Part shown: positions 61,929-64,000 of the stretch, piece after piece | How the letters are laid out: every line of letters begins with the position of its first letter | How positions within the stretch are numbered: the first letter of the stretch is position 1 | Origin: Glycocaulis sp. | GTDB lineage: Bacteria > Pseudomonadota > Alphaproteobacteria > Caulobacterales > Maricaulaceae | Length of the DNA: 64,000 bases | NCBI RefSeq assembly: GCF_022565665.1 | Contig: NZ_JAIUMI010000013.1 | Strand: one strand, 5' to 3' | The notes under the pieces: model-generated | The model's input: the letters and a program-made list of their open reading frames with translations, nothing else | What the model was told of the DNA's origin: nothing | Database searches by the model: none | Program-made: the position numbers and the translations under genes

Positions 61929-63968
61929 ATGAAGCTGAACCTTCACTCCGTGCGCACACGCCTGATTGCTGCCTTTGCACTTGTGGCCCTGACCGGTGTC
62001 GCTGCATCAGCGGCCGGCATGATCGCACTGCAGACCGCACGCGGCGCCCTCACCGGAGTGGTGGAAGAAGCAACCCCCATGGCCAACGCGGCCAGCGCCC
62101 TGGAATCCGCCAGTGGCGCCATAACGGGTGAGCTGGCGGCCTTTGCCCGTTCGGCTGACGCGGTGGACATGACCGCCTCGCAGACGCGCCTTGCCAACCT
62201 TCTCGAGCGCGCACGCAGTGCGATTGCCGATCTGGGCACTGCCGGGCTGGAACCGGCCCGTACCGCCGCCCTTACCGAACTTCTCGATGATCTGGCCGCC
62301 GGGGTGAATGCCGCCGAGGCGCCGACCATTGCTAATCTGGAAGCCCGCAGCGCCCGGCTGGATTCGGTCGCCGGCGCCATTGCTGACCGCGCGCAGGCGG
62401 TGGCAGCTCTCGAGGCCGGCCTTGAGAACGCGGCCAACGCGCAGGAACTGGAAACCTATCTGCGGCTCATCATCGATCTCAATCTGGTCCTGACCCAGTA
62501 TGCCGAGCTGGACGGTGCACAGTCCGAAGGCGAAGTGGCCGATGTGGAGGGGCGCTTTGAACTGGCGATGGACGAGCTGTTCGTCAATCTGGCCATTCTG
62601 GGTGATGCCGCCTCGGGGGCCGTGACCAGCGCATCGGAATCCCTGATCGAACGCGGCGAGGGCGACACTGGCGTGTTCGCGCTGCGCCGGGCCGAGATTG
62701 CCGCCGAGATTGCCGCCACGGACGCGGTGGAAGATGCGCGCATCGCCCATGCCATGCTCTCTGCCGAAGTGGACACGGTGGTCAGTGATGCGGCAACGCT
62801 GGCGGCCAGTGCGAGCAGCGATGGCTATACCGCTGTGCTGTCGGGCCAGATCCTGCTGATCGTCATGGCGGTTGGCGCCATCGCGATCACCGGCGTGATC
62901 GGCTGGTTCTATGTGAACGCCAACCTGCTGCAGCGCCTGACACGCATTTCGCGCACCATGACGGCGCTGGCCGCGGGTGATACCGGTCAGGCGCTGGACG
63001 ACCATGGCAAGGACGAGATCGCCGATATGGCCCGCGCGGTCGCGGTATTCCGCGAGAACGAGATCGAGCGCGTGCGCCTGGCGAGCGAGAGCGAGGCTGA
63101 ACGCGTGGCGCGCGAGGCCCGTGCGAAAACCATCGAGACGCTGATCAAGGATTTCGAGGATACCTCTTCGCGCGCTCTGGAGGCGGTGTCTCACGCCGCA
63201 GGCGAGATGGAGATGGCGGCCAATGCGCTGACCGAGAGCTCCAACAGTGCCACTTCGCGTACCGCAGAGGTGAACGAGGCTGGCGTGCTGGCTGCGCAGA
63301 ATGTCGATACGGTCGCGGCCGCTGCCGAGGAGATGACCTCCTCGATCGCCGAGATCGCCCAGCAGATTTCGCGCTCCTCCACCATCGCGCGCAGCGCAGC
63401 CGATGAAGTGTCTGGCGCGAGCCAGGACGTGACCGCGCTCAGCGAGGCGGCCGGGCGGATTGATGGCGTGGTGCGTCTGATCAACGAGATTGCCGAGAAG
63501 ACCAATCTTCTGGCCCTCAACGCCACGATCGAGGCGGCGCGCGCCGGCGAGGCAGGCAAGGGCTTTGCGGTGGTGGCAAGCGAGGTGAAAACACTCGCCG
63601 ACCAGACCGCCCGCGCTACCGGCTCCATCTCCGAACAGGTCTCCGGCATCCAGTCGGCCACCGAAAAAGCAGTCGGCGCCATCACGGCCATTGGCGGAGT
63701 GATCAACGAGATGAACGAAATCTCCACCGCCATCGCCGCCGCCATGGAAGAGCAGCGCGCGGCGGCCGAGGAAATCACCCGCTCGGCGCAGGAGGCCGCA
63801 GGCGGCACGCGCCGCGTCTCGCAGGCCATTCAGGGTGTCGACGCGGCCGCGTCCGAAACCGGCCAGTGCGCGGCCCAGGTCAATGAAGCCTCGCATGGCC
63901 TCTCCAACGAGGCCGGCACGCTGCGCGGCGCCGTGGCCCGCTTCCTGGAAGGTGTGCGCGCGGCCTGA
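61929..63968 (+). CDS. methyl-accepting chemotaxis protein
   Basis: Two TM helices flanking a periplasmic helical domain of about 300 aa, then HAMP. Highly conserved signalling hairpin [31 protein letters not shown]. Confidence 0.93.
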   Translation: MKLNLHSVRTRLIAAFALVALTGVAASAAGMIALQTARGALTGVVEEATPMANAASALESASGAITGELAAFARSADAVDMTASQTRLANLLERARSAIADLGTAGLEPARTAALTELLDDLAAGVNAAEAPTIANLEARSARLDSVAGAIADRAQAVAALEAGLENAANAQELETYLRLIIDLNLVLTQYAELDGAQSEGEVADVEGRFELAMDELFVNLAILGDAASGAVTSASESLIERGEGDTGVFALRRAEIAAEIAATDAVEDARIAHAMLSAEVDTVVSDAATLAASASSDGYTAVLSGQILLIVMAVGAIAITGVIGWFYVNANLLQRLTRISRTMTALAAGDTGQALDDHGKDEIADMARAVAVFRENEIERVRLASESEAERVAREARAKTIETLIKDFEDTSSRALEAVSHAAGEMEMAANALTESSNSATSRTAEVNEAGVLAAQNVDTVAAAAEEMTSSIAEIAQQISRSSTIARSAADEVSGASQDVTALSEAAGRIDGVVRLINEIAEKTNLLALNATIEAARAGEAGKGFAVVASEVKTLADQTARATGSISEQVSGIQSATEKAVGAITAIGGVINEMNEISTAIAAAMEEQRAAAEEITRSAQEAAGGTRRVSQAIQGVDAAASETGQCAAQVNEASHGLSNEAGTLRGAVARFLEGVRAA

Positions 63969-64000
63969 TGCGTGCTGCACCGGGCAATTGCGCGGCAAGG

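Noticed and set aside
62007-63998. 663-aa ORF antisense to the chemoreceptor gene
   Set aside because: The plus strand carries the invariant MCP signalling hairpin. The antisense ORF is a Gly/Arg/His-rich artefact.

Overview
GC-rich (about 64%) alphaproteobacterial core chromosome, not an accessory island. No integrase, transposase, CRISPR array, tRNA, rRNA or recognisable defence genes are present. The centre (10.9-36.1 kb) is a complete, tightly packed cell-division and cell-wall (dcw) cluster. It is preceded by RNase P RNA: rnpB, mraZ, rsmH, ftsL, ftsI, murE, murF, mraY, murD, ftsW, murG, murC, murB, ddl, ftsQ, ftsA, ftsZ. It is followed by lpxC, bamD, recN and ligA. Left flank: lipoprotein, aminopeptidase P, ettA, a fused OPLAH-type 5-oxoprolinase, a DjlA-like J-protein, an EamA transporter and a muramoyl-alanine amidase. 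Right flank: enoyl-CoA hydratase, MarC, hydrolases, a fused aspartokinase/diaminopimelate decarboxylase, an NPP-type phosphodiesterase, AMP nucleosidase, an MHYT-GGDEF-EAL protein, a phosphatase-pabB-pabC-hydrolase operon, nupC, DNA-repair and amino-acid or fatty-acid catabolism genes, a glycine-to-betaine methyltransferase pair (GSMT and SDMT), three secreted proteins of unknown role and a chemoreceptor. I did not find a convincing new multi-gene system. The most checkable oddities are: (1) a 71-codon ORF in frame with amn and separated from it only by TAG plus one codon; (2) the GSMT/SDMT betaine route; (3) the LysC-LysA fusion with a repeat-rich control region; (4) a phased TGGGA x3 putative MraZ operator plus DnaA-box and CtrA-box candidates in dcw promoters; (5) REP/MITE-like nested palindromes in three intergenic gaps. 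Many long ORFs antisense to well-supported genes are treated as high-GC artefacts.
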